Counted from the whole stretch's first letter, positions 49,651 through 63,000 are shown. The stretch is DNA of 63,000 bases, filler included, from Octopus bimaculoides (GCF_001194135.2; 7 parts of 7 records of this genome joined end to end with filler, not necessarily neighbours in it), one strand, 5' to 3'. Program-made: numbers and translations. The notes: generated by a model not told the origin, from the sequence alone.

Positions 49651-50199
49651 CCAATCAAAGAAATGTGACATCAGTACATAAGAAACGAGAAAACCATGGT
49701 TGAAAAATTTTTTTAGGAAAAGACAAACCGGATGGGGACATACCTCAACTTTGTGAAGGTGAGAGGGAACACTTCAATATTTCTTCAAAAGAAAAAGTTA
49801 AAGATGTACTGAAGGAAGTGTGGCACAATGTGCTTTTTATTGATAGAAGTATAGTATATGGAAATCGTTCGAATTCTTGCGACACATAGCTAGCTGTCTG
49901 GAACAGCAATAAATAGAATGACCTAACACGTAGATCTTTGAAAAACAACGATAAATAAGGTTATATTAGATATCGTACGCAATATATGATTGAAATTAAT
50001 TTCACTTTCAGTGGCGGTAGAACAATAATTTGGTGATAATTGGTAACAACTTCAAAAGTAAAGATGAGATAATTATGTGCACATATGTAAACATATATAC
50101 ATTTACATTCATCTCTCACTCTCTACATATTTATCTATCTATCTATCTATCTATATTTATTTTATTTTTTATATTTATTTTACTTTTAAACTTTTACTC

Positions 50200-50560
50200 T
50201 GGTAATATTCAACAAATAGGTACATGCCCGTATAGGTTTAGCTTTTACTTCTGCTTGTACATTATTATACATTTGTACACCTCTAATTGTACTCTATTAT
50301 ACATTTGTACACTACTTACAGTCGATTCTACATTTTAGATATCTTATACTTACCCACCTGTAACAAGGTTTTGATTTAATATAAACTATGTACTCTTACT
50401 CAGATGATAATTTAATTTACTTATAAATTCATTGTGGAATAGTTTTATCATGACCACCTTAGCAATATGCTTAGAAAAGGCCTTATGAACTTTCTCTTAT
50501 ATATTAAAGTACCTCATTTTTAAGGTTTAAGTTTAATCCTTTTTTATCCTTTTTCCATTA
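50200..50560 (-). mobile_element. Possible degenerate PLE linker / GIY-YIG relic
   Basis: KLFHN...KLNY, VVYKCII and TYTGM pieces in different frames; weak. Confidence 0.3.
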
Positions 50561-50829
50561 TATTGTTCTAAAATTCTTTTCTAAATTTTTAATATATTAA
50601 ACTGGCTAAGTTATGATACATCTCATAACCCTAGGTTATAATTCTCACCCCTAGAACCTATTTTGACCTCTTTTGTTTTCCACTTTATTCTCCTTTTATT
50701 TGAAATCTAAATACGTACTAGCCACCCTCGTCCTTCCTCTTTCTAGTTATCACCTCTTCTCCATCAGTCATTCTTTTACTAGCAGCTCTGAGAAATATCC
50801 TTTTATGCGGATAAAGCTAGATATACGGT

Positions 50830-52400
50830 CCCAGTAAAATAATGGCCGAGGAGAGCATCGTATGAGCCTCGTCTGCATTCTTTTTGTTCAGTGGGGAAAA
50901 GGTTATTCTCTTCCATAAACGTATATGTTTTCTCCACTAGAACAGATGTCAAAATCTTATAGGTAGTAGACAAACGTTATAGGCCGATAGCTTTTTGGGT
51001 CTTTGGTCTCGTTATTTTTGGGGAAGAGGTAAGTAATACCATTTGCCATCCAATGGGGAGTTTTTTCCGGGTCTTTCATAATACTATTAAATAGTATTAC
51101 TAACATTTTGTGTGCGGACGAGAGTGATGAGAGCCAGAAATTTGGTACTCTATCAATACTGGGGGAATTTCCACTTATGAGCCTTCGTTAGTGCCCTCCT
51201 TAGGTCTGTGATTGAGATGTCTTCCGATACCTGTTCTTGTAGATTTTTGTAGGCATCTTGGGTGCGTTTGATCCAGTCTGCATTTTCATTGTATGGTTTC
51301 TCATCACTCCAGATCCCTTTCCAAAAGTTTTCAACTTTTTCCATTCGGGGTGGATTTTCAATGGTTATTTTTTCTTTCCCTATTTCTCTGTAAAATGATT
51401 TGGCATTGGATTTGAACATTTTATTTTGCTTGTAGAATTTGATTCTTTTCTCAAATCTGCGTATTCTCTGAGATTTTGCTTGAACTTTTTGTTTGTGTTT
51501 CGTTCGCTGACATTGGTTCTTCTCTTGTTGAGAGTTCATATTTTCTCACAATCTTCCTGCCTTTTCTTGATCTTACACCGTTTCCAGAAATTAGCTCATT
51601 AATATTGATATCTCCCTTTGCAATGATTCAATCTCAGTTTCAATTCTACTCCTCCAGTTTGATTTTCTTTTCGAATTTGGTATTGTTGGCTTTGTGGGTG
51701 TTAAACAGCGTCTTTCGATTACCTTAGCAACAGAGTAAATAATTTCATTTAACTTATTAAGATCGAGTTTTAGTTGTATGATTTCTTGTGTAACACAGTT
51801 GCCAATTTTTATTTGTGTTTTTGTTGGTGTGCATTTGAGAGTTTATGAAGTGGTTCCCTATCATTCATATTTGTATGCCCTACAACTTCAAGCTCATTCA
51901 GAACTTCCTACTTCATTTCAATGATAGATTTTCTGTGTTGTTCAGCAAATATGTGGTCTTCAAATTCTGTTTTGACATCATTATCCTGGCTGTTTTTTCT
52001 AGGGTCATTATATTTTCCTTTTTCTTTAGGCTCTTGAGTGGTTTTGGCAGATGGTCGCCTTTTAGTCAATGCTTGTGGTCCAACATTCTTCTCCTCTGCT
52101 TCGTTATTTCTTTCCTGACTTATATGTTTAGGTCTTTCTCTACCACTTTTTTAATAGAGGTTAATTCTGCATCTGTAAGTCTGGTATTTCTGAAGATATC
52201 TCTTCTAACATTTGCTAATCTGTTTTCGTCCAGGTTTGGTCTGCTTGCTAGATTTTGGTTCCTCTAAATTCTGTAGAAGTTTGCGGTTTGTTTCTCTTGG
52301 GTTGGCCTACTTAATGCAAAGTAATGAGCGTATATTACTTCTTTATATTCTTTCCGGTTCCATTTAGTTTTTTTACATTTTTGATTTTGTGGTCGTTATG
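50830..52400 (-). mobile_element. R4/Dong N-terminal region and start of RT
   Basis: KQKVQAKSQRIRRFEKR...QNKMFKSNAKSFYREI...FWKGIWS; GITYLFPK...YRPITCLPT. Confidence 0.88.
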
Positions 52401-52779
52401 GTGGTGAACTTTGGGGACTTAATTTGGGATAAATCCCATTTAAGTGACCTTCCAGGTTCGTATTCGAGGAAGATATTCTGCTATTTGAAAATTTTTCGCC
52501 GTCAGGCTGACAGCCTCCTCACAGTTGCGCTTCCAGAATAACCACTGGACAAGCGATTCGGTGTACTGTTTGAAATTTTCTTTTCTTTTTAAATAGAGTA
52601 AAATTATTATTAAATTTTATTTTTATTATTATTATTATTATTATTATTACTACTACTACTACTACTTTTACAACCACTATTGTCATTAGCAATAGTAATG
52701 GTGTTAACACTATCAATAACACTAATAGTAGTAGTGGTGGTGGTAGCGGTCGTATCAGAGTTATTAGTGGTTTTGTGGC

Positions 52780-53230
52780 TTTGACCTATGTTAGGATTAT
52801 ATATATTTAGGTAGTAGGAATTAAGTTTATGTTTATTGGAAGATTCTATATTGGGCGGGGAAGAGTAGGATAATTTTAGGGTAGATCTATTAAAGATTGG
52901 ATGGTACTTATGGTAACGTGGGAAGTTATAGTCAACTATTTGAAAGAATGTTTTGGCTGAGTCCTTTAAGTTTAAGGTGAATGGGGGTGTAAACCAGAGA
53001 ATCGATCTACCCCTGCTTTTGTTATGCAATATAAGGTAAATATAATCTATAGTATTTGTTAGAGCGAGTTGTAGGCTTTATTGTTGTTTATTTGTTTGAG
53101 TTTCGATCAAGTGTTATACAGATGAGCATATGGCTGACGAGTGTGTCTCACCCGAGGTCCTTCCAAGTTTCTAGCTGGGGTTTTAGTTTGTTTATCTATA
53201 CCGGAATGGTTTATTTGTCTTGTAGAAACG
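52780..53230 (-). mobile_element. Penelope-like element RT-endonuclease linker relic
   Basis: ILWFTPPFTLNLK...NFPRYHKYHPIFNRSTLKLSYS matches the WFNPP...HFP..H....IFNR.T.K.SYS PLE motif. Confidence 0.8.
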
Positions 53231-53449
53231 ACTGTAAGACTTCAAATTCACCTTATCCTAATTAAATTATTCTAAATAACTTGAGATACTCGTTCTGCCT
53301 TGGTTATGATTTTTCCTCTAATATAAGATAATATAATATAAACACCAAAATCCCTACATTCACACCTACTGACATGAATCTCACACATATACGCATACAG
53401 GCACAAATCCCCAGATACATAAAAACAGGACCTAAACACTTGACATGAA

Positions 53450-53505
<56 letters not shown>

Positions 53506-53785
53506 CAACTGCTGTAACCACACTGTGCATGTATATTTATACGCGTGTATGTTCATCTAATGTATCTATGCATATGCATGTATGTGTATCATGCACCTAC
53601 ATTTTGTGTATGTGTGCAAGGATGTATGTGTCTACGTATTTATCCATTGATGGACGCAGTATATATTTGAACCTGCGAATATTTTAAATGTATGCACGTG
53701 TATATTTTATAAATATCTCTTTATAAATGTACACATGACTACCATGTGTTTAAGCATGTGTGTGTATGTCTTTATTGTGCGTACA

Positions 53786-53979
53786 TGACCGTTGACTGAA
53801 CACTATTCAATTTTTTTTCTCCGTGTTTTTCTCCTTGTCTCCGTATTCTTTCTGTTGAAGAGCGTAGCTCGAAACGTCAAAGACTTTCCGTATTCCCGAG
53901 CGTCATACTAATATATCCTTTTGTTATTTACACCACCTGTCCTCGTCTGTTGTTATTATTTGTATATTCTCCCATATAT
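53786..53979 (+). mobile_element. Hammerhead-bearing ~190-bp repeat, copy 3
   Basis: Same boundaries as copies 1 and 2. Confidence 0.9.
53847..53883 (+). ncRNA. Minimal type I hammerhead motif (U6 variant)
   Basis: TCTTT 53847-51, CTGTTGA 52-58, A, GAGC/GCTC 60-63/67-70, GAAA 71-74, CGTC 75-78, AAAGA 79-83. Confidence 0.7.
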
Positions 53980-54176
53980 NNNNNNNNNNNNNNNNNNNNN
54001 NNNNNNNNNNNNNNNNNNNNNNNTTAATTAATTAANNNNNNNNNNNNNNNNNNNNNNNNNNNNNNNNNNNNNNNNNNNNGTATGTATAAGAGTGTATGTG
54101 TGTGTTTTTGAATGGGAAATATATATATAAAATAACGTAAAATACACATCCAGACACTCACACATACACAAACACG

Positions 54177-54230
<54 letters not shown>

Positions 54231-54551
54231 CATACATACGCACATATGTGATTGTGTGTAAGCCTGTGTACACAGACACACACAAACACGCATGCGCACA
54301 CATAGAGTGAGATAAGTAGAGAATGAAGAATGAAATAAATAAATTTATGCATAAATGTGGTAAAACAATCTAAAATAAATCTCAATTCAAATATCAAATC
54401 CCAAAATTGCACAAAGAAATGGTAAATGTTAAAGAAGTGACATATTGATGTAGAGTTGGTGAGGTGACAAAGAAGCTGAGCCGCGGAAGCGTGATCGGGT
54501 TTGGTAATTGCCTTTGTAACGTGAGGTTGTCATAGTGGCGTGAGAGGAGGA

Positions 54552-54630
54552 AAAGAAGAAGAAGAAGAAGAAGAAGAAGAAGAAGAAGAAGAAGAAGAAG
54601 AAGAAGAAGAAGAAGAAGAAGAAGAAGAAG
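54552..54630. repeat. (GAA)n microsatellite
   Basis: Seen directly. Confidence 0.98.
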
Positions 54631-55386
54631 GGTGATTAATGAATGAGATGAGGAAGGAAGGAAGGAAGGAATATATGTGCATGTATATAAAGATATATAT
54701 GTATATATATATGTGTAGATATTTATACATATTTCTACGTTCACTATAAAGAGCTGTTATTAAAAAAAACATACATTTTGTCCAGCGCTTTAACGATTCT
54801 TCCCATGCACCGACATAATAATGATGACAATGATGATGAAAATAACAATAATAATAATAATAATAATAATAATATGTTTTATTGTCGTTGTTGTTATTAT
54901 TCTAACTGTTGGTGTTGTTGCTACTGTTGTTGTCCTTGTTTTACTTCGCGTTGACCCCCAAACCAACAGACTTGCTGACAATATCCTTCAAGCCGTGACC
55001 GACCCCCATTTCTTTAAAGCTCGCAATACATTACTTTGAAGTCCCGATTTCTCCCCTTCCTGTTTTATTTTAAGACGTTACAATGTATTTTGAGGGAGTT
55101 ACGGGGTACCATTTTTAGCAGAACTTTATACAACACACAAAACGTTCAGTGGATCTTTTTTATACCTCCTTCTTATTATTGTTGTTAGAGTTTTTATTTT
55201 TATTTTTATACACTAACGTTAAAATGGCGACCATTGCAATCGACTTTCATCATTTGGAAAAGTCGGCAAATTTTGACAATTGTCGACAAGTTACAACAAT
55301 ACTTACATTTATTTTAAATGCGGTTTTTACAGAAATAACTCAATCAAATGCCTGCAGCCAAAACGTCTTTAAATGAATTTTCAGAG

Positions 55387-55387
<1 letters not shown>

Positions 55388-55451
<64 letters not shown>

Positions 55452-55465
55452 GTTATTATTATTTT
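55388..55465. repeat. (ATT)n microsatellite
   Basis: Seen directly. Confidence 0.98.
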
Positions 55466-55989
55466 CTTGTCATTTATATATATCTAATTGTTTTAAAACA
55501 TATTTTGTCTTGTGTGTTTGTCTATATGTGTCTTCATGTGTATGTGTGTATGCGTATGACTGTGTGTGTTTTAGGTAATAATAGAGGAAATATCAAATTA
55601 ACTTCCGGTACAATGCAAAGATGCCTTCCTTCATTTGTGCTTTCTATAAAATATATTTATTGTTTTATGTCATGGCTAGAATTTTTGGGTTTTTCTTTTT
55701 GCACTCTCGCTTCTCGCTTAGTCTTTATACACAAAGTCTTACACATGTCTATATATATATATGTATATATTCATATTTATATAAATATAAATATATATTT
55801 CGGGAATAAATGATGGATATTTTCCCTTATGAGGTTTTTTTCACGCTAGCTACTTGATAAATTCTTGTAAAAGAATTCGTCCTATTATTGAATTTAAATA
55901 TATGTGTGTGTATATATATATATANNNNNNNNNNNNNNNNNNNNNNNNNNNNNNNNNNNNNNNNNNNNNNNNATATATATACATATATA

Positions 55990-56508
55990 TGTCTGTGGCA
56001 AAAGAAGCTGTGTGGTTGACCCTTTTAAAGGGTTTGAAGACAGGCACTTTCCTATCTGGCCAAGCCCTCAACAATTTCTTCAAATATCATTTGAAGAGGA
56101 AAGTGAAAGTAGAGAGTGAGATGTTGTCTTCTTGTGTGTTTATCAAAAAAAGTGGACGCAAGTGACAAGACTGGGGAGGCTGAATGGATCTACTCTGAGT
56201 ATACTTTTCTAAGAAGGAGGAAACAAACTGGAAGATGCCATGCCTCGGAGATGGCAGAGTAATCCGGGACTCTTTGTGTGAGGCTTTACCAGAATTACCG
56301 GAACGAACTGCTCCCCTTTTGGGGATTCTGTTTATTAATTATTTATTTAATTTTCTAATTTCTATTTATGTATCCTTTGTTACACCCTTTAATGTCATAG
56401 TGTGTCCCCTTGCTCAATGTAAACTCCACCTTTTGTGTGTTGATATCGTCCTTTGATATTGTCCTCCTTGTTTTGGGCCCCTGTGGCCAATAAAAAAATT
56501 ATTATTAC

Positions 56509-56555
<47 letters not shown>
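55990..56555 (+). mobile_element. Tx1/L1-clade LINE 3' end
   Basis: VAKEAVWLTLLKGL...FFKYHLKRKVKVESEML...F.K-WTQV..LGRLNG.TL; 3'UTR with AATAAA (about 56489) then (ATT)n. Confidence 0.7.
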
Positions 56556-56556
<1 letters not shown>

Positions 56557-58186
56557 CGTTACGGTTAATGGGAAATGGAATATGGCAGAATAGGTAAGCT
56601 GCCAGATTTTGACTGTTATTGAGCCAAGATTCTCTAGGGAAAGAGGGANNNNNNNNNNNNNNNNNNNNNNNNNNNNNNNNNNNNNNNNNNNNNNNNNNNN
56701 NNNNNNNNNNNNNNNNNNNNNNNNNNNNNNNNNNNNNNNNNNNNNNNNNNNNNNNNNNNNNNNNNNNNNNNNNNNNNNNNNNNNNNNNNNNNNNNNNNNN
56801 NNNNNNNNNNNNNNNNNNNNNNNNNNNNNNNNNNNNNNNNNNNNNNNNNNNNNNNNNNNNNNNNNNNNNNNNNNNNNNNNNNNNNNNNNNNNNNNNNNNN
56901 NNNNNNNNNNNNNNNNNNNNNNNNNNNNNNNNNNNNNNNNNNNNNNNNNNNNNNNNNNNNNNNNNNNNNNNNNNNNNNNNNNNNNNNNNNNNNNNNNNNN
57001 NNNNNNNNNNNNNNNNNNNNNNNNNNNNNNNNNNNNNNNNNNNNNNNNNNNNNNNNNNNNNNNNNNNNNNNNNNNNNNNNNNNNNNNNNNNNNNNNNATT
57101 CGTGTGTGCATATTTGTGTGTGTACGTGTGTGTGTGGAAAAAGGAGGAACCTCGGACAGAAAAAAAACATCATTTAGGGCGAGTTATAAAATATTCACGA
57201 TATAAATTGTTGTATTGTATTGTTATTAACGGGGTGAGTAGTGAACAACAGTAAAACACAAAGGGAGACATCAATATCAAACCAGTGACTGAAACTTTGC
57301 GTGGCCCTTGAGCTTTTATGTCGTGTAAAGAAAAGAAAAGAAAATCTGACGTGATGGTCATGAGTGGTACGCCTTTGATTGCCGACCAAACGGAACTGAC
57401 CTGTGGCTAATTAATCGTATCGCTAAAATATCTAGCATGGCGTCATTTACAACTAAACTGGCAGCCATTTAAATTTATGGTTTCCATGGCATTTGAAACG
57501 ATTATTTCATAGCTGCGGTTCTATAACGCTACAAGGATGTGAGTTAAATCTCCTCCTGGATATAACATCACTTCATCAAAGGTAGCATTCCTTCGGAGGA
57601 TTTTATAGCACTTATTTCTGATAAATTAAATGGACTCTTATAAATAATGAACAATGACAATACCAGTAATTGTAGTTTATTAATAATGAACGACCCAGGG
57701 AGGCAAAATTGTCTCGTGTAAGATTTTATTCTGGTTATTTGAGTTCGTTATTTTAGTATCTTTATCCACTCTTCTACTCTTGGCTAAATAAAATGGACAA
57801 ATGAAGAGAAGAGATGCAGTACGTCCAACCGAGATAGCAATGGAATTCCCACAATGACCTTCAGTGTTTAGTAGACCTCAGTAGTTAACTGGTATGTATA
57901 TTAAAAAAGAACCGATGAATTACACTTGGGATGTTCTACAAAATGGAATATATATATATTACTGTCTTAACTCAATATCTGTCTGTCTGTCTATCTACCT
58001 ATCTATCTACCTATCTATGTATCTACCTCTCTATCTATTTATCTATCTAGCTGGATAGATAGCTAGCTTATCTATCTACTTATCGANNNNNNNNNNNNNN
58101 NNNNNNNNNNNNNNNNNNNNNNNNNNNNNNTTAATTAATTAANNNNNNNNNNNNNNNNNNNNNNNNNNNNNNNNNNNNNNNNNNNN

Positions 58187-58290
58187 TTAGTTATTATTAT
58201 TATTGATTATTATTATTAATGATTATTATTATTATTAATTATTATTAATTATTAACTATTATCATTATTAATTATTATTAATTATTATTA

Positions 58291-58339
<49 letters not shown>

Positions 58340-58382
58340 ATTATTATACTAATTATTATTATTATTATTATTAATATTATTA

Positions 58383-58436
<54 letters not shown>

Positions 58437-58532
58437 ATTATAATCATTAATTATTATTATTATTATTAATTATCATTATTATTATTAATTATTATTATTA
58501 TTAATTATTATCATTATTAATTATTATTATTA

Positions 58533-58608
<76 letters not shown>

Positions 58609-58803
58609 ATTATTATTAGTAATTATTATTATTAATTATTATTATTAGTAATTATCATTATTATTAATTATTATTATTAATAATTATTATTATCAATTAT
58701 TATTATTATTAATTATTATTATTATTATTTATTATTAATATTATTAATTATTATTATTAATTATCAATTATTAACTATTAATTATTAAATATTATTATTA
58801 TTA

Positions 58804-58836
<33 letters not shown>

Positions 58837-58854
58837 ATTATTATTATTATTAAT

Positions 58855-58886
<32 letters not shown>

Positions 58887-59387
58887 ATTATTAATTATTA
58901 TTATTATTTTTATTAATTATTATTATTAATTATTATTATTAATTATCAATTATTAACTATTAATTATTAAATATTATTATTTTTAATTATTATTATTATT
59001 AATTGTTATTATTAATTATTATTATTATTAATTATTATAAATAATAAAAATAATTAATAATAATAATAAATAGTAATGATAATAATAATTAATAAAAATA
59101 ATAATTAATGATAATAATAATTAATAATCATAATAATTAATAATATTAATAAAAATTAATAATAATAATTAATATGATAATGATTAATAATTAATAAAAT
59201 TAATAATAATTAATAATAATAATTAATAATAATAATTATTATTATTATTAATTAATAATCATAATAATTAATAATAATAATAATAATTAATAATAATAAT
59301 AATTCATAATAATAATAATTAATAATAATGATAATTTAAAATAATGATAATAATTAATAATAATAATAATAATTAATAATAATTACA

Positions 59388-59426
<39 letters not shown>

Positions 59427-59611
59427 TAATAATAATTACAATTAATAATAATAATAATTAATAATAATAATAATTAATAATATTAATAATAATTAATAAT
59501 AATAATAATTAATAATAACAATTTATAATCATAATATTTAATAATAATGATAATTAACAATAATAATAATAATTAAAAATAATAATAATTAATAATAATA
59601 ATAATTAATAA
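58187..59611. repeat. 1.4-kb degenerate (ATT)n that switches to (AAT)n near 59035
   Basis: Seen directly; isolated between two spacer-containing gaps. Confidence 0.95.
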
Positions 59612-60503
59612 NNNNNNNNNNNNNNNNNNNNNNNNNNNNNNNNNNNNNNNNNNNNTTAATTAATTAANNNNNNNNNNNNNNNNNNNNNNNNNNNNNNNNN
59701 NNNNNNNNNNNCTCCTCTATTTTCATTAATGATAATTTAATATATATTCATTTCAATGTTTTCATTTCAAGTTTTAATGTTTGCAAATCCCACAGTTTAT
59801 TCTATATACGTAATGTAAAAAAATTATTTATTGAATGAATGAATGCTATTAGACAACATAGCTGTATAAATTTAAGGCTTATGTTCATATCAGTTTCCAG
59901 AGTTTGTTAAATGAATATTTTTGATAAAATGAAAATTTCTTAATATACCGGCATAATTTTTTTAAAAATAAATCAAGAAGAGATTTTGTTGGTGTGGCTG
60001 TTTGGAACGCTATAAGCCTTACAATAATAAGTATGTGATCGCTGCTATTTCCAGCACGCTAAACGTATTTAGGTTACCTTGAGGTTTGTTTAAATGAGAG
60101 ATATATTACAACTACGATAAATTACTGGAAGAAATATTTACAAAGCAAGTGAAATTTTTTATAAATCGAAGCTTTCAGGAAAATTTATTTTCTGAGCTTT
60201 TTCATAATTATTGAGTATTTCCAGTTCCCAAATTTGAATACTCGGTACAAGAGCTTTTATTTATACGAATTTTCCATTTCATGTTTATTTCATTCATTGT
60301 TTGCAATGTTCTCCCTCCTCTCTCTCTCTCCCACACACTCCTGTTTTGATTTCATTATTACACAAATATCACATTGGAATTTTGCGTCCAAAGAATATGC
60401 AACTGAAAATATCAACGTGAAAATATTGTCAAGTAGCTAGCAGAAAACCACCCGGAGAGCAGTCTTTCTGCTTGTGGGATTAATATTGGAAATAATTTCA
60501 TTA

Positions 60504-61540
60504 TATGCATGCCGGATAAAATGCTTTGTAGTGTTTTTGTCTGTCTTTATATACTATGCTCAAATTCCACTGAGGTCGGCTTACTTTTTCCGGGTCGATA
60601 AAAACTTCTATCTTTTACTCGTTTCAGTCGTTTACTGCGGCCCTGCTGGAACCCCACCTTGAGCTTTTAGTCGAATGAATCAACCCTTATACTTATTTTT
60701 TAAGCTCAGTACTCATTCTGTCGATCACTTTGCCGAACCGCTAATTTATGGTAATGCAGTCACACCGATACCGGTTGTCAAGCGATGGTGGCGGAACAAA
60801 CACAGACAGAAAGACTCACACACCCATAGACAGAAATACATACATACATACATACAGAAATGCATACATACACTCGTATACACACACACACACGCACACA
60901 TATATATATATATATGTGCACACACACATATATATGCACACAAACATATATATCAGTAAACAGACAGGGAGTGCGTTGTTCTACATAGTTATATCAAGGG
61001 TTGGATAGAAAGAACACAACAAAGAAAAAATTTGACGAAAACACAGCAAACAGAAAACTAAGGAAACCATGAAAAGAGAATTGTATGCATGCCGGATAAA
61101 ATGCTTTGTAGTGTTTTTGTCTGTCTTTATATATTATGTTCAATTTCCACTGAGGTCGGCTTATTTTTTCAGGGTCGATAAAAACTTCCCTTTGCCGAAC
61201 CGCTAATTTATGGTAATGCAGTCACACCAACACCGGTTGTCAAGCGATGGTGGCGGAACAAACACAGACAGAAAGACTCACACACCCATAGGCAGAAATA
61301 CTCACACACCCATAGACAGAAATACATACATACACACATACAGAAATGCATACATACACTCGTATACACATACACACACACACACACACATATACATATG
61401 CACACACATATATATCAGTAAACAAACAGGGAGTGCGTTGTTCTACATAGATATATCAAGGGTTGGATAGAAAGAACACAACAAAGAAAAAAATTGACGA
61501 AAACACAGCAAACAGAAAACTAAGGAAACCATGAAAAGAG
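60504..61540. repeat. Tandem duplication (60504-61078 and 61084-61540) containing SINE A and B fragments
   Basis: Both units start tatgcatgccggataaaatgc and end ccatgaaaagag; the second lacks about 140 bp. Confidence 0.92.
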
Positions 61541-62299
61541 GAAAATTAGACGAAAACATAACCAACGTAAAATTCGACAAAAACACGGAGCACCGAAAAT
61601 TCGCAGCTGATTTCCTCATCAGTGAATGTCCAAATTATCCTAGTGGTTTCTCTCTTTGTTGCTAAAAATGACTACTAAATATCACTTATATCAGCGCTTC
61701 AATTTTTTTTTAAATGGATACANNNNNNNNNNNNNNNNNNNNNNNNNNNNNNNNNNNNNNNNNNNNNNNNNNNNNNNNNNNNNNNNNNNNNNNNNNNNNN
61801 NNNNNNNNNNNNNNNNNNNNNNNNNNNNNNNNNNNNNNNNNNNNNNNNNNNNNNNNNNNNNNNNNNNNNNNNNNNNNNNNNNNNNNNNNNNNNNNNNNNN
61901 NNNNNNNNNNNNNNNNNNNNNNNNNNNNNNNNNNNNNNNNNNNNNNNNNNNNNNNNNNNNNNNNNNNNNNNNNNNNNNNNNNNNNNNNNNNNNNNNNNNN
62001 NNNNNNNNNNNNNNNNNNNNNNNNNNNNNNNNNNNNNNNNNNNNNNNNNNNNNNNNNNNNNNNNNNNNNNNNNNNNNNNNNNNNNNNNNNNNNNNNNNNN
62101 NNNNNNNNNNNNNNNNNNNNNNNNNNNNNNNNNNNNNNNNNNNNNNNNNNNNNNNNNNNNNNNNNNNNNNNNNNNNNNNNNNNNNNNNNNNNNNNNNNNN
62201 NATATTTATATACACATATATATACATATATGAATATATACATACATAACCTAGATAATGATAATGCTGTCTGTTTATATTAGTTATAAACAACTTGCA

Positions 62300-62500
62300 G
62301 AAAGAAGAGCTGACAGTTAGATGTCACACGTGCCGGATACTAGCTGGTGTATGAGGTCATCAGGGGAGAATGCACACCGTTCTGAGAACCTCATTTCGCT
62401 GGTATTATTACACATTGACCCCACCCACACAGATAAGGCCCCGCTTGCAAGAGCAACTAGCAACTGGTTCATGTAGTATTCTTCTAGCCATTGAGTATAA
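62300..62500 (-). mobile_element. Possible decayed PLE 3' end
   Basis: LEEYYMNQLL-like text followed by cctgatga...cacgtgtga; no intact GAAA. Confidence 0.25.
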
Positions 62501-63000
62501 AGGAAGGGAGATATGTGTATGAATGTATGTACGCAGGTAGGCGTGCATATGTCTGTATATCGTGAGTGTTTTTGTATGTATGCATATATGGGTACACACA
62601 CACACACACACTCATATATATATGTGTGAGTACATATATATATATATATATATATGAGTGTGGAATTTTAAACGTATCCATACATTTTTCCTTTGTCACT
62701 ACTATACCTTTATTAAATAGGATTTAACTGATACTTGCGACCATGCTATTGTACGAGTAATGCGTGGTACCGAGTGCTGGGCCGACCATAGGCTTTTGCG
62801 TGCCAAGGTGAATTTTGTTGTCAAGCCTAAGGTCAGAGCAAATAATGACAAGTTACCTAAATGGATTGATGTCAATAAGCTTAATATACCGTCAGTACAC
62901 AGTGAGTTTTCTGTGATGAAATTTGAAAGCCATTAAAAAAAAGGGTGTAAGAGGTTTGTACAGCAAAGCCAACATTCTTGGCTTTGCTGTAAAAGAGCAC

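Noticed and set aside
52495-52560. ctgtgagga-ggctg-t-cagcc...gaaa (minus strand) after the PLE linker relic
   Set aside because: The core is one base short and 7 extra nt separate the stem from GAAA; not supportable.
55225-55376. aaaATGGCG-initiated ORF (MATIAIDFHH...)
   Set aside because: Short, no convincing splice donor or homology; the context could equally be a YY1-like motif or chance.

Overview
A repeat-dominated, AT-rich eukaryotic scaffold window with many N-gaps, not a prokaryotic one. The SINE families, RTE tails and microsatellite load look like an octopod cephalopod genome; this is inferred from family resemblance and was not checked against a database. No host gene could be named, and only a few low-confidence splice-bounded exons were found, around a CpG-rich region at about 12-15 kb and at about 32.6 and 38.5 kb. 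Most long ORFs in the supplied track are N-gap or microsatellite artefacts. Recognisable content: three tRNA-derived SINE families; LINE fragments of the RTE, CR1/L2-like, R4/Dong (RLE endonuclease) and Tx1/L1 types; Penelope-like element (PLE) GIY-YIG and linker relics; MITE-like inverted-repeat elements; satellites; and a repeated assembly spacer (TTAATTAATTAA). The strongest signal outside the ORF track is a set of minimal type I hammerhead-ribozyme motifs in short PLE-type repeats. These include (i) a young ~190-bp family in 3 near-identical copies with a fixed non-canonical core CUGUUGA and a palindromic ACGU stem III, (ii) a tRNA-head plus hammerhead composite with an inverted partner copy, (iii) a near-intact hammerhead at 41530-41585, and (iv) a 765-bp foldback carrying hammerhead relics in both arms. 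All ribozyme calls come from base-pairing read by eye; activity is untested.
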